A stretch of DNA of 63,224 nucleotides, counting the filler, from Octopus bimaculoides (taxonomy: Eukaryota): NCBI RefSeq assembly GCF_001194135.2. It is 6 parts of 6 records of this genome, joined end to end, with 100 filler letters (N's around TTAATTAATTAA, not from the genome) between each part and the next. Parts side by side here need not be neighbours in the genome. Positions count along the whole stretch, not along the records: positions 24,868 to 45,131 come from NC_068996.1; 5 more parts are not named here. One strand, given 5' to 3'. The translations under genes and the position numbers were made by a program. Of the stretch, positions 27,399 to 40,266 are shown one piece after another. Each line of letters begins with the position of its first letter. Position 1 is the first letter of the stretch. The notes under the pieces were generated by a model that saw only the letters and a list, made by a program, of their open reading frames with translations, made no database searches and had not been told where the DNA came from.

Positions 27399-27839
27399 TG
27401 ATGATGATGATGATAATAATAAATAAGTGAACATGGAATCTGAAAAATGGTTGTTAAATGGAAAATATATATTATTTAGCCCTAAGCAAATCATTACAGA
27501 TTTGTACATGTGTATGAGTGTGTGTGTGAGTGTAAGTGAGTGTTTGTGTGAGTAGCGTGTGTGACTGTGTGTATGTGTGTATGTATCTGTGTGTGCGTGT
27601 GTGTATGTGTGTGTATGTGTGTGTGATGAAGTGTTTTCAGATAAGATTGTGTAGTAATCATGTTTTACTGAGAGGGTATTAGCAACCTGGCTGCAACAAG
27701 AAACTGAAACCGGGTTATGAAGTCAGTTTACGAGTCGAAGAAGGAGGATACTAACAGTCTCTCCTTTCTTGCCAGGCTGTGAGGAATATTTATAACGGAA
27801 AATACAATTGTAAGATGTTAATGAAACCCAACAAGAAAG

Positions 27840-27935
<96 letters not shown>

Positions 27936-28721
27936 GGGTGGGGTGGAAGATGAGTTGATAAAGTTAAAGAAGAGACATGGCAACTTCAAAGAAAATAATC
28001 GACAAAGCAGCAAGTTCTGAAGGAAAGCAACATTCAAGATAATTGCAATATAGCAGGACAAGATTCAGTTCCAAATATTGAGATATAGTCGGTCGGTCGG
28101 TTGGTTGGTTAACCGGGAAGGCTGTAAGAATTGAAAGGTGTTTGTTTGTTGTTGTTTCCATTCCGAGACTAGTACTGATTCAGCAGACGTATAATCAAAT
28201 GCCTTCCAGACATGACTCCCTCGGTTATTCATTTGCAAGGATAGTGTATCTAAGCTTATATTGGCTATTATATCTATTAACGTAAATGATTCTATCCTAA
28301 TGTTGAAAATTATCAGATATATTTGCCTTTGTAAGCAGATATTTCACAATTTTCTATAATTATATTTGTTTAGTTCAACAGAGAGGCACTTATGAATGTA
28401 TTCTCTACTTGTTTCTCCTTATTCACCCATTCTTCATTTAACTATATGTTCAACAAAATTTAAATCGAGGGAGTTTTACGAAGCTTTTTAAAATCTTTAA
28501 AGGGACTACATGTTACTGACGATGCCCATGGTGACAGATATGCGCATCTAACATTCTCACCTGATGGACGATTTTTGTCTCAACTACCGAAATAGCTTGC
28601 GTGTCTAAACATAGCACGTACACAAGAGGAGTTAGTTGATATAATCTGCCGCAGAGCTCGACAGGTACTTCATCTATTGAAGGCAAAGTTAGCATCGGTG
28701 TGAACTCAGATTATATAAAGG

Positions 28722-28800
28722 ACCCACATACCACAAGGGCCCACATACCACAAGGGCCCACATACCACAAGGGTCCACATACCACAAGGGCCCACATACC
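28722..28800. repeat. 17-bp tandem repeat CCCACATACCACAAGGG, ~4.6 copies
   Basis: Seen directly; the copies are nearly perfect. Confidence 0.9.
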
Positions 28801-28859
28801 AGAAGAAATATTATCCAATGCTTTAAGTATTCAGCCATTTTACCGTCTTCACAACAACA

Positions 28860-29350
28860 GTAATAGTTTCTAATATAAGGACAAAGCCAGCAATATTAGG
28901 AGGATAGGTTAGTCGGTTACATCCAACTCCAGTATTTGACTGGTAATTTATTTTACCGACTCTGAAAGGATGAAAGGCAAAGTTAAGAGTTAACATCAGG
29001 GGAATGCGAACTCAGAGCGTAAACAGTTGGAAGAGATGCTGTTAAGTATTTCATCTGACGTTGCTAACGATTCTGTACCACTTGCCAATGGCATTAAATG
29101 AGTAAAGCGAGAGAAAACTGAAAAAAATCAAAGTGGCTTGAAATATTGGTTTCAAATTTTGGTAGAAGGGCAGCAGTTTCGGGAATGAAATTAAGTCGAT
29201 TACATCGACCCAGTGCATGACTGGTACTTATTTTATCGCCACCGAAAGGATGAAAGGGAAAGTAGACCTCGGCAGAATCTGAACTCAGATGGACGAAATG
29301 CCACCTAAGCATTTTGCCCGGCGTGCTAACAATTCTGCCAGCTCGCCGCC
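28860..29350 (-). mobile_element. Two family B SINE copies (~28860-29075 and ~29150-29350)
   Basis: Both contain GACTGGTA...GAAAGGATGAAAGG...GAACTCAGA...GCTAAC.ATTCTG. Confidence 0.8.
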
Positions 29351-29779
29351 TTCAAAGCGGCTTGAAATACTGAAACAAGTAATAGCTTTCGTATATTGAT
29401 AAAACTACGGTAATTGATTAGAAGGTGATCACTGTGCATAATGTAGATTACCCTTCATAGAGACTGGCTATATTATTGAAGGAAGAATATCAGATATGAC
29501 AGCAGAAGACAGGAAAAGTGCAAACAATATAAGATCATAGATTTCACAATATCATATGATAACACGGAGAAAATTTAGGAATATAAGGACCGACTGAAAG
29601 TGATGAAAAGATTGTGGGACACAAGGGGAAAAATTGTTCCTGTACAAATTGGTGCATAATTTGTGGACTTGACACAATACTTAAAATATTCCCTGGGTGA
29701 GTGAAGGATATTAGAACTAAGGCACACATTGTCGACCGGCAGATTAGTGTAACACCAGTATTCATCAAGGATCCTAAGA

Positions 29780-30882
29780 TTGTTGAAATGTGAGAAAATA
29801 TGTTGTTACCAAATCTTCAATGAAACCACTATCCAGTTCTATATTTAAGAGATGAGGGATTATGTACACTATTTACAGAGAGGAACTTGACAAAATAATT
29901 CTGGAAATGGAGGAAAACAATTTCGTTAATAAGGCTGGATCTAGGATTTTAAGGTCAGAAAGAAGAACACCTGTATCTTATGGTCTCCCTAAATTACACA
30001 AAAAGTTCGAAAGATTTCCTCCAATGCGCCCAATTTGCAGCGGATATGAATGCTGTACGGCCAAAATTTCGGAATGGCTGGATGGCTTTCTACTCCGCGT
30101 CACAAAACGATCAAGTTCCTATATTCGGGATACCTTTGATTTTGTATCTAAAATCAACAACTTTTTTAAGCGCCGAGGCCGTACTGAAAACTGTTTTTTG
30201 GTAACCATGGATGTTTCTTCCTTATATCCCAATATTGACCACAATGAAGGGGTAGAAGCCTGCATGGATGCCTTTGAAAAGCGGTCAAATAAAAGTANNN
30301 NNNNNNNAGGGGTAGAAGCCTGCATGGATGCCTTTGAAAAGCGGTCAAATAAAAGTATTCCATCAAATTTACTCTGTAGATTATTGAGGTTTGTGTTAGA
30401 AAGTAACACAATGAAGTTTGGACAAAGATTTTACCACCAGTCGAAGGGTTGCGCCATGGGTACCCATATGGCAGTTAATTGTGCTAATGTGTTCATGACG
30501 AAATTCGAGACACAGTTACTGAAGACATTCAAATCCCTTCATGGTCATGAACCAATACTCTGGTTACGGTTCATTGACGACGTATTTTTTGTCTGGGAAG
30601 GATCACAGGATAGTTTAATGGACCTCTTGCATTTCTGTGACTGTTATGCTAGAAACCATGGCTTTAAGTCCAACATAAAATTTACATCTAGTTTTTTCAA
30701 AAACTAGCGTTGAATTTTTGGACACAAAAGTCAAGTTTTCTGGAGGCAGAATAGTGACAGAGTTATTTTGTAAGCCAACGTCATCTCACATTTATCTCCA
30801 CCGCCGCTCCGATCATCCACATTATCTTATTTGGTCAAATCCGAAATTCCAATTTTTTAGGATAAAACGGATTTGTACTGAC
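29780..30882 (+). mobile_element. Penelope-like element reverse transcriptase, nearly intact and cut by an N gap
   Basis: ORF 29862-30707 has YGLPKLHK, PMRPI, LVTMDVSSLYPNI, GCAMG and WLRFIDDVF. After a +1 shift it continues EFLDT...KPTSSHIYLHRRSDHP. Confidence 0.9.
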
Positions 30883-30982
30883 NNNNNNNNNNNNNNNNNN
30901 NNNNNNNNNNNNNNNNNNNNNNNNNNNNNNNNNNNNNNNNNNNNNNNNNNNNNNNNNNNNNNNNNNNNNNNNNNNNNNNNNN

Positions 30983-31024
<42 letters not shown>

Positions 31025-32200
31025 GCACCACCCAAATGTCTGTACCTACCTATAAGTAATGGGGAAGAGGAATGATGCAGGTAGAACTGTGCTATAGGAT
31101 CTTCACAATAGCAATGAACAGGTACTTACATAGTACAGTGGACTGGATTCTATGGCTTGTGTGCAAGCACAAAAGTAGCAAAATATCACATTCCAATGTC
31201 AAAGAAGCTTATATATTTGCAAGGGAACTTGGCATCAACCCTGAATTAGATGAAGAACCTGAAACCACTGTCGCCAAATAAGCAAAACAGATCAAACAGA
31301 CTGCAAAAAAAGACGGGCAGAAACAAATTGAGGGGCGGTGAAGCCAGAAGCCTCTGCATGGACAGTATATACTTCAAAGCCGACTAAAGATTTTATATTT
31401 GTTTCATTATTGCCCACAGGGGGCTCTAAAGGTTTCATATTGGCGGCACAAGACCAAAGCTTGCTTACCAAAAACTAACGTTCTTCAAAACGGTTCTGAC
31501 CCTAAATACAGATTTTGCGCTACATTTGACGAAACAATAGACCATCTTGTCTCGGAATGTGCTGTGCTGACACCAAACGAATATAAAAATCGTCATGATA
31601 GGGTAGGACAGTATTTACTTTGGAAAATAGGTAAACACTCCTGCTTACTGGTATGAACATCATCCTGAGCCAGTCGCTGAAGTTAAAATGTCACTATTCT
31701 CTGGGGATTTTCCAGTCAACACTGACAGAACGATCCAGGCTAATCGACCAGACATAGTCATTAAAGATAGGGAAGACTAATAGATGTAAGTGTTCCTACT
31801 GATAAAAATATATCTGTAAAGGAATTTGACAAATTAACTTAATATAAAGACCTGGAAATTGAAACACAAAAGATGTGGGATCTTAAAAACGAAAACTGTT
31901 CCTGTTATTGTAAGTGTCCTAGATATGATAAGAAAGGGATGTCAGAAACATCTAGATAAGATTCCAGGAGAACCATGTCTCAAAGAAATCCAAAAGATTA
32001 TATTGCCAAGTATGGCCCACATCCTTAGAAAAACCCTATCATTTTAAATGTTTGTGTTGTATTACATAACGATTTTTCGCTACTGCCCCTGTCACTTCAC
32101 TCGTCAAGCTTTCAGTCAAACTGCAACATCTCAGCAATACTCGCCCTAGGAAGATGGGTGTGACTCGGCAAGTGACTGTAACAAAAATGCAGATTAAAAG
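31025..32200 (+). mobile_element. R4/Dong-type LINE, degenerate 3' portion with 3' UTR
   Basis: PLHGQY, YRFC...ETIDHLVSEC, RHDRVGQY, NRPDIVIKD and ILRKTLSF motifs, followed by (AAT)n. Confidence 0.8.
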
Positions 32201-32202
32201 TA

Positions 32203-32405
<203 letters not shown>

Positions 32406-33109
32406 CACCGGGGACGTTTAACATGTGAAAGCTATAAAACACTGCTCCGAAATTTATCCAAAAACATTGGGAATAAAGACAACAAATGGAGTCTAAAATA
32501 ACTGACAAAGTGTTGGACTACATCCAAGTAAGTAATGCTCATTAAAGTTTACTTCTATTTTCCTAATGAAATGATGTATTTTAACTGTGTGTCACCTCTG
32601 TCACTCGCACAACACGTGTAAACACGCTCGCCACACTGACAAAGCAGTGGACTACACCCAAGTAAGTAATATTCATTAAAAGTGTTGGACCAAATCCGAG
32701 TAAGTACACATCACAAACACCTAAGTACGTAAACTAACCAATTACGTATACACCCCAGTTTTATATGAACACATTTTAATATTTCAAAATAACATTAAAT
32801 ATTGTATAAACAGGTGCACACACACACATACCCCACCACAGCATTAAACAAATATATACCCTCCACGGAAAAAATGGTGAATATTAGATTGTTTGTTTCT
32901 TTGTCTCGTTTGACTACATTTATTTGTTTATAATTATAAAAGTGGTGCTCTATCAAATTGTCTACGCTAATAGATAAGACGCGGAGCCTAGTACTAACAC
33001 GAAAGAGTTAATGACAATTAGTCAAAACTCATGTCGGATCAGAAGAAATATTAACGATGACAAATAGTAAAAAATGAAAATAATAATACCAGTGATGATA
33101 ATAATAATA

Positions 33110-36100
33110 ATAATAAAAGGAAGCGGTTGGAATCTCCCTGTGTCCTGATCGATGATACATCTAGTGATGGTGTCACAGTAAAAACACTGGTAATTGCGCA
33201 ACCTGATAATGGCCACCTCATATGAGTGACAATGAAAATAACAAAATATCGTGAAAAAAGGTGGTAATGAAGCTGAAGCCCTTGATGGTGTTACACCCGG
33301 CAGGCTCAGAGATACTGGTCTGACTCCAGCTTGTCGTTATCCAGCAAGGGAACAGCACACAAGGTGTAGACGGAATAAACAAATCAATGCTGTGGTCAGG
33401 GAGTGTTACTACCTAAGCAACCCCGTAGGCGAAGATGGTATTCATCTTCGGGGGTACCGACAACGTATGTATAATCAATGGAGAGAAAGAGGAACAGAGA
33501 TTATGTGATCAAGCTAAGAGCAATAAGTAATAAATGTTGGTTCACAGAAGTAGAGCTCGAAGCTATCAAAAGACGTGTCATGGAAAACAGCAGCAGAGGA
33601 AACGATGAAAATACAGTTCTTACGGATAAAAGTAATCTCATAGCAGAAAACAGGGATGAGATCTGTAATAAACCAGGAAAGGAACAGTGATAGCTTGCTC
33701 AATGAGAGAATCTAGATGGTCTGGAAGAAGACAATAAAACTAATGGTGACAAGAAAGATGAACAAAAGGCAATCTACGACAGAATAAAGGTAAGGCTACA
33801 AAAGGAACGACAGTGACATTATTTGCGACCTTAAAAAATTTGATCGGTGGAAATAGAACCAAGAAACGAAAAATGTAATTCTGAAATACCTCAGAACAAA
33901 AAACATCAGAGAAACAAATAATTTGATCAAGGCAGCAAGTATTGTTGTAGCAGAAAACGTGGGTGTTGATGTCAAGAAAAAGAAGCATAATGGGAGTGAA
34001 AAAAGAAAAGATCCATGGGGGAAAAGAAGAAGACAGGCAGGGTTAGACATGCTCTCGAAGGAAATCTCTGTGTTAGACCGAAAAGAGAAAGGGGAGCTTA
34101 AAAGAGAACAAAAATATAGGGCACTGAAAAGGAAGTATAATATTGAAAGAAAGGGCCTGAAAGTGGTAATGGAGGAACTGAAACAAAGATGGTAAAATAC
34201 GACCAAAGAATGGAGGGTTACCACCAGAATAGGTTATTCAGAGTAGATCAGAAGAGATTCTATAAAGAAATAAATGGAGAGTGTACAGATGAAAAGTTGA
34301 TACCAGATAACATTGGAAGTCAAAGGCTTTGGAGTGACATCTGGAGCAAAGACAAGGAGCACAAGAAGGATGCCGAATGGTTGCAAGAACTGAAATAAAC
34401 AGTAGTTTGTCCAAAACATTTCAGTTAGGGAAGTGAAGGAAATGAGTAAAAAGAAATGAGCAACTGGAAGGCCCCGGGACCAGATGGAGTTCAAAGCTAC
34501 TGGATCAACAGATTTGGTGAATGTCATGCACGAATCGCTGCACAACTCAACACCTTGTTATATGCTGACCAAGTAACACCAGAGTGGTTGACGTTGGGTA
34601 AGACAGTGCTGTGCTTGAAAAACATCGAAAAATGCAATACGGTAGACAATTACAGGTCGATATCCTGCTTGCCACTTACGTGGAAGTTATTGACTGGAAT
34701 AGTCGCAGAGTCAATGTAGGAACATCTGGAAAAAATGGAGTCCTGTCACATGAGCAGAAGGGTTGCAAGCGTAAGTGCAGAGGTACCAAGGTTCAACTCC
34801 TGATAGACAAAACTGTACTTAGAGACTGCAAGATGAGAAAAAGTAACTAAGCCACGTCATGGATCAACTATCGTAAGGCGTACGATATGATCTAACATTC
34901 TTGGATTATGGAGTGCATGAACCTATTTGGTATTGCATCGAATGATGAGTGATTGCTAGGAAAAGGTATGGCGAATTGGATGACGGAACTGACAGCATAC
35001 GGAAGAAATTTAGGGACAGTAGAAATTAGGAGGGGCATCTTCCAAGGGGACTGCCTGTCCCCACTGATCTTTGTACTGTGCATGATACCACTAACACTGA
35101 TTCTGAGGAAAGCAAAAGCTGGGTATGTATTCAAGAACTGCCAAGAAAAGTCAACCATTTGTCATTCATAGATGACCTCAAACTTTATGGTAAAGATGAA
35201 GCCCAAGTCAGTTCCCTCGTTGATACGGTGTATACCTTCAGTGCTGATATCAGAATGGAGTTCGGACCGAGGAAGTGTGGTGTTTTAGTATTGAAGAGAG
35301 GCAAAATTAAATGTATGGATGGGCTAACGATACCATTGCGGGAGGTTATGAAGCAGATAGAAGAGACGGGCTATAAGTACTTCGGGATTTTGGAAATGGA
35401 AAAATTGATGGAGAAAGAAATGACAGAAAAATTTAAGGTGGAGTTCTTGCACAGACTGAGATTGATCCTTAAGTTGAAATTAAACGGACGGAATAAGATC
35501 GAAGCTATCAACAGCTGGACGGTTTCACTCCTTAGATATGGAGCAGGGGTAATCGCATGGACAGTAGACAAACTAAACAGCTTAGACAGAAAAACAAGGA
35601 AGTTGCTAACTAGAAGTGGGACACTCCACCCAAAAAGTGAGACAGACAGACTGTATATACCAAGAAAAAGAGAGGGAAGAGGATTGATTGGATGCGAACA
35701 CAGCATTAGAGCAGAAGAAACAACATAGCATGGTATGTAAAGAATGCCACAAAACTGCTATTACTAGAAATAAGAAGGTCAGGTTTGTGTAGGATGAAAG
35801 ATTGCAAAGATAAAGCACTGTACAAGAAATTGAAAACGAACGAAACTGAAAATAGGTGGGTAAAGAAGAGTGCATGGTCAATTTCATAGGGATGTTGAAG
35901 ATAAGACAGAGAAAAAAGATGGCTGTGGATGACTAAAAGTGATTTAGAACTGGAATTGGGGGCTCTAATCTGTGCTGCCCAAGAGCAAGCAACAAAATAG
36001 ACAGCACATCAGAAAGTGATAAGTACAGAATCTGTGGACAAAACAGTGAAATCTTATGGCATACTACCAGTCAATGTACGCCACTAGCCCCAAAAGAATA

Positions 36101-36670
36101 CAAGAGACGTCATGACAACATAGCAAGGATTGTCCATTGGATACTTTGCAACAAGTATGGATTGACAAAGCAGAAAAGTGTTACGAACATAAATCCAAAG
36201 GCATCATCGAAAATGATAATGCAAAGATCCTATGGGATTAAATGATTCAGTGCAACCATGAGACAGAGAATAGGAAACCAAATATAGTGTTAATTAGGAA
36301 AGAAAGCAAACGATGCTGGATCATAGATATAGCATGCCCAACTGACAACAAGGTATGCGATAAGGAAGAAAGAAAAGTCGATAGATATGACAGGTTAGCT
36401 TGGGAAGTTAAGCGGTTGTGGTCGATGAAAAAGGTGGTAGTAATACCAATAATTGTCGGAGCCCTGAGAACAATGAGTAAAACTCTTGAGAAGTACATAG
36501 AACAAGTAGGGGCTGCAATAAGGGTGGAGTACTTGCAGAAAACCACACTGCTTGGAACCGCTCGAATACTCCGGAAGGTGCTCGAAAAATAAGAGGTGTT
36601 ACCTTAGTTCACTGGTAGTGAACAGCTGGCACCGTAGTAAATCTCCAGCGAAAGAAGCTGTGCATAGGCA
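33110..36670 (+). mobile_element. R4/Dong-type LINE, near full length and inactivated by stops and frameshifts
   Basis: N-terminal NAVVRECYYLS...GYRQRMYNQW. RT motifs [40 protein letters not shown] and FIDDLKLY. Then a CCHC remnant plus RHD, and RLE motifs PNIV...IIDIACP...K..RY. Flanked by AAT/AAC repeats. Confidence 0.9.
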
Positions 36671-36735
36671 ATAAAACAACAACGACAACAACAACAGCAA
36701 CAACAACATCAGCAGCAGCAACAATAACAACAATG

Positions 36736-36799
<64 letters not shown>

Positions 36800-36800
<1 letters not shown>

Positions 36801-37205
36801 TGCCTCCTCATTGATATGACTGTCCTAATCGATATAAATGTATCTGTCAAGACCTACCAAAAACTGAGCAAGTATAAAGATCTTGAAATAGAAATTAGCA
36901 AAATGTGGAACCTGAAGACTAAAACACTACCTATTGTCATAGGTGCCCTGGGAATGACAGCGAAACGGGCTGATTACTACCTAGCTCAGATAGCAGGAAA
37001 CTCCAAAATCGCAGAAATTTATAAGACAGTGCTCGTGGGACTTGCCCATATCCTATGTAAAACACAGTTTATGTAAGCTCAAATTTGAAAACAAACACAA
37101 TTTTCTTATGTTTTCTTAAAGATTCTCTAGAACAACACTATGTACAAAACTAAATATATGACACCCTAGGCATAACACCAACATGAACTTCTAACTTGTC
37201 TCTTA
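36800..37205 (+). mobile_element. R4/Dong-type LINE 3' fragment, same subfamily as 6200-7030
   Basis: ORF 36816-37076 reads KTYQKLSKYKDLEIEISKMWNLKTK, and the 3' UTR matches 6845-6975. Confidence 0.85.
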
Positions 37206-37224
37206 ATAATAATAATAATAATAA

Positions 37225-37410
37225 TAATCCATTCTACTATAAGCACAAAGCCTGAAATTTTGACGGGATGGTGGTGGGACTAGTCGATTACATCGTCTCT
37301 AGCACTTGACTGGAACATTACTTCACCAACTTGGAAAGGATGAAAGGCAAAGTCGACTTCAGTGGAATTTGAACTCAGAACACGAAGAATGTTGCTCAGC
37401 ATTTTGTCTG
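37225..37410 (-). mobile_element. Family B SINE, partial
   Basis: GAAAGGATGAAAGGCAAAGTCGAC...GAATTTGAACTCAGAAC. Confidence 0.75.
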
Positions 37411-38187
37411 TTGACCACACAGTGCATATGGTATAATGTAGTTTAATGGCGTGCAAATGTAGAATAATATAACTGATTATGTGTGTGTGTGTGTGAATAT
37501 ATACGCACCAGATATACAAACTTGCACATGTACATATATATATATATATACATACATACACACCCGCAAACACACGTACATATATACACACACACACATA
37601 CATGCATACACACATACATGTGTGTGTGTACTCACACAAAGCATACATGTATGTGTGCGTGTTCTTTTCCATGTGTTTGAATGTAGGTATGCATGCATAT
37701 GATATGCACATACATATAGAGGCATGTGCACGTGACCATACACACACACACACATATGGATATGTGCATGTGCGTATGTAAGGGCGGGCGTATAGGTGGA
37801 TAGACAGAGAGACGCTGTTGCACCGTGGATAATGATAGTCAGATAGATAACGATGACCGATCAGGGGGAAACAATAAACAGATGGTAATAAAACGGGAAA
37901 TAAGCTATGCTCTCTTATCTGCCCAATTGACAGAAGATTAAATTAATTAGCAATAACAACAACAACCAAAAGTAATATGCATATACGTTTGCATACAACT
38001 ATACAAAGGTACGTGTATTGCTTTGGGCGTGCGTATGCAAGTGCATGTAAAGAAAGCCTAAGTGCACTCACATGAAAACTCACACATACTTACACAAGCA
38101 ACCTGCAGGCAGATAAAAAGACGCTCACCGCCACAAAGCGCACAGTACTCACACTTCAATTATAAAGTACACGGACATATACAGAGT

Positions 38188-38218
<31 letters not shown>

Positions 38219-38673
38219 CAATTACAGTGAATACGGAGATTAGTACATTTGCGTATTTTTTATTATTTTCACAGTCAATTGTCCAACATGTTTGGTTTAA
38301 ATATGACTGACACGTGTTTCTGTTGCATAGAGAACTGGAAACTGCATTTGTACCCAACTTCAACTCTGCAACTTTGTGCAAGGTCTGTCTGCAGATGTTG
38401 TCCGAAGCCAATTGAGTGTATTTATGCTTGGCTAATGTTATTTAGCTAGGTTGCTATGGTTTTTGAGAGACAAACGAATGTAAGTTGCTGTGGTGGATTT
38501 AGAAACTTGATATGGCTATAAAGTTACTAAGCAGTTGACCTCATTTCGATCCTAGGTTTAAGTTCGAAATGTGAGTCCTAGACCTTTAAGCAGGTCAAAG
38601 TGTATCTTTTCAATCCTAGTTTTAGTTGGTGATCGTCCGATGTTTTGTACGACAACCAGCTACTAAATGAAAT

Positions 38674-39495
38674 GGATCTTTCTGAATTGACGGGCGACAC
38701 TTTTCATTTATGTTTTATGTAGTGTTTTTGGTACCGAAACACTTTCAAACATCGTATACTTGTATATTTTGTGTTATAGAACAGATAAAAAATTTTGTAT
38801 TCGAAGTTATTTCATGTAAAAAATTGTCGTATTTCGGTAATTTCAACCAATCACTGACGTCTATTGAGGTGAAAACAATTACTGCCGTAACGGTGTAATG
38901 GGATCTTTTCCCTTGAATAAAATTAGTGCCGTTGTTTGTCAACAACAACTATCAGCGGTACTGTTATTTATAACANNNNNNNNNNNNNNNNNNNNNNNNN
39001 NNNNNNNNNNNNNNNNNNNNNNNNNNNNNNNNNNNNNNNNNNNNNNNNNNNNNNNNNNNNNNNNNNNNNNNNNNNNNNNNNNNNNNNNNNNNNNNNNNNC
39101 GGGTTAGTTTTAGGATTACGGTTAGGGTTATGATTATTTTTGCCATAACCTCACACATAACCCTAACCCTAAAACTCATAACCATAACCCTAACCTTAAC
39201 CCCAACCCTAACCCTAAAACCCTAAACCCTTACTAGGGAATAATGATATAATTAAACAGGGAATAACACACTTGACACCGGTAAAAATTATTGTTTATAA
39301 AAAGAGTACTAACTGTATTCAGCTGAATAGACGTCAGTGATTGGTTGAAATTACAGAAATACGACAACTTTAACATGAAATAACTTGCAATATATAAATT
39401 TTTGTTAAGAAGGCTAAGAGAAAAAGTTGTTTTATATGACACATTCTACCAGTATCCCAAGAAAACAAGTGGTGCCCGTCAATTCAGAAAGATCC
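38674..39495. mobile_element. Non-autonomous foldback DNA transposon with an 8-bp TSD and a telomere-like core
   Basis: Perfect 22-bp TIR GGATCTTTCTGAATTGACGGGC (38674-38695 and 39474-39495). TSD AATGAAAT at 38666-38673 and 39496-39503. Inner inverted repeat at ~38807-38877 and ~39314-39384. Confidence 0.9.
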
Positions 39496-39814
39496 AATGA
39501 AATTAAACCAAATGAAATTAAATATATGTGGAATGAAGAACTTTTTTTATGAGAGCAATTCGAAATTTTCTCTGTATAATCGAGTTAAGATTACACTCAG
39601 TTTCTTTGTCCTATATGTGTTGCTGTAATTTTTAAAAAAGATACTTTAATTTAAGTGAATATCGATTGATACTTCGAAGTCACAATAGATATTACCTTGA
39701 CATTTACCTTGTAAACTCAGGCACATCTTATCTGCATGGTGGTTGTTATATACTTTCATCGCTTGCATGGAAATATTTGAAAGTCCTCCTATGTAGGTGC
39801 GAACATTTTGAAGT

Positions 39815-39935
39815 TTATTCTGGTCTATTGTTAAGCAACCGGTGTTTAGCTGTAAAAATATGGAATATTTTCTCTTTTCCTCCTATTACATAAGATTCAG
39901 CAACGCTAATTATTTCCCATTCAATATTAAAGCTC
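39815..39935 (-). mobile_element. Penelope-like GIY-YIG C-terminal remnant
   Basis: FNIEWEIISVAESYVIGGK...LLNNRPE. Confidence 0.5.
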
Positions 39936-40074
39936 GTGTCTCTATCTTTAAAATGCATAACACGAACTTGAGTGCGTTCGTCTGGTCTCATTAAAGATAG
40001 AAACGCTAGCTTTACACATTCCATTCACTTCGCTTATCTTTTATCCGCTCATCATCGGAAGTTGTTTTCCACTG

Positions 40075-40266
40075 CTGTCCTCCTCCTCCTCCTCCTCCTC
40101 TTCTTCTTCTTTTTTTTCTTCTTCTTCTTCTTCTTCTTCTTCTTCTTCTTCTTCTTCTTCTTCTTCTTCTTCTTCTTCTTCTTCTTCTTCTTCTTCTTCT
40201 TCTTCTTCTTCTTCTTCTTCTTCTTCTTCTTCTTCTTCTTCTTCTTCTTCTTCTTCTTCTTCTTCT
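40075..40266. repeat. (CCT)n followed by a long (CTT)n microsatellite
   Basis: Seen directly in the sequence. Confidence 0.95.

Noticed and set aside
33110-33250. HDV-like ribozyme at the 5' end of the long R4/Dong copy
   Set aside because: I could not assemble the nested P1/P2/P3/P1.1 order by hand. A covariance-model search would be needed.
39100-39235. True telomere or chromosome fusion site
   Set aside because: It is short and degenerate, and lies inside a TIR/TSD-bounded element.
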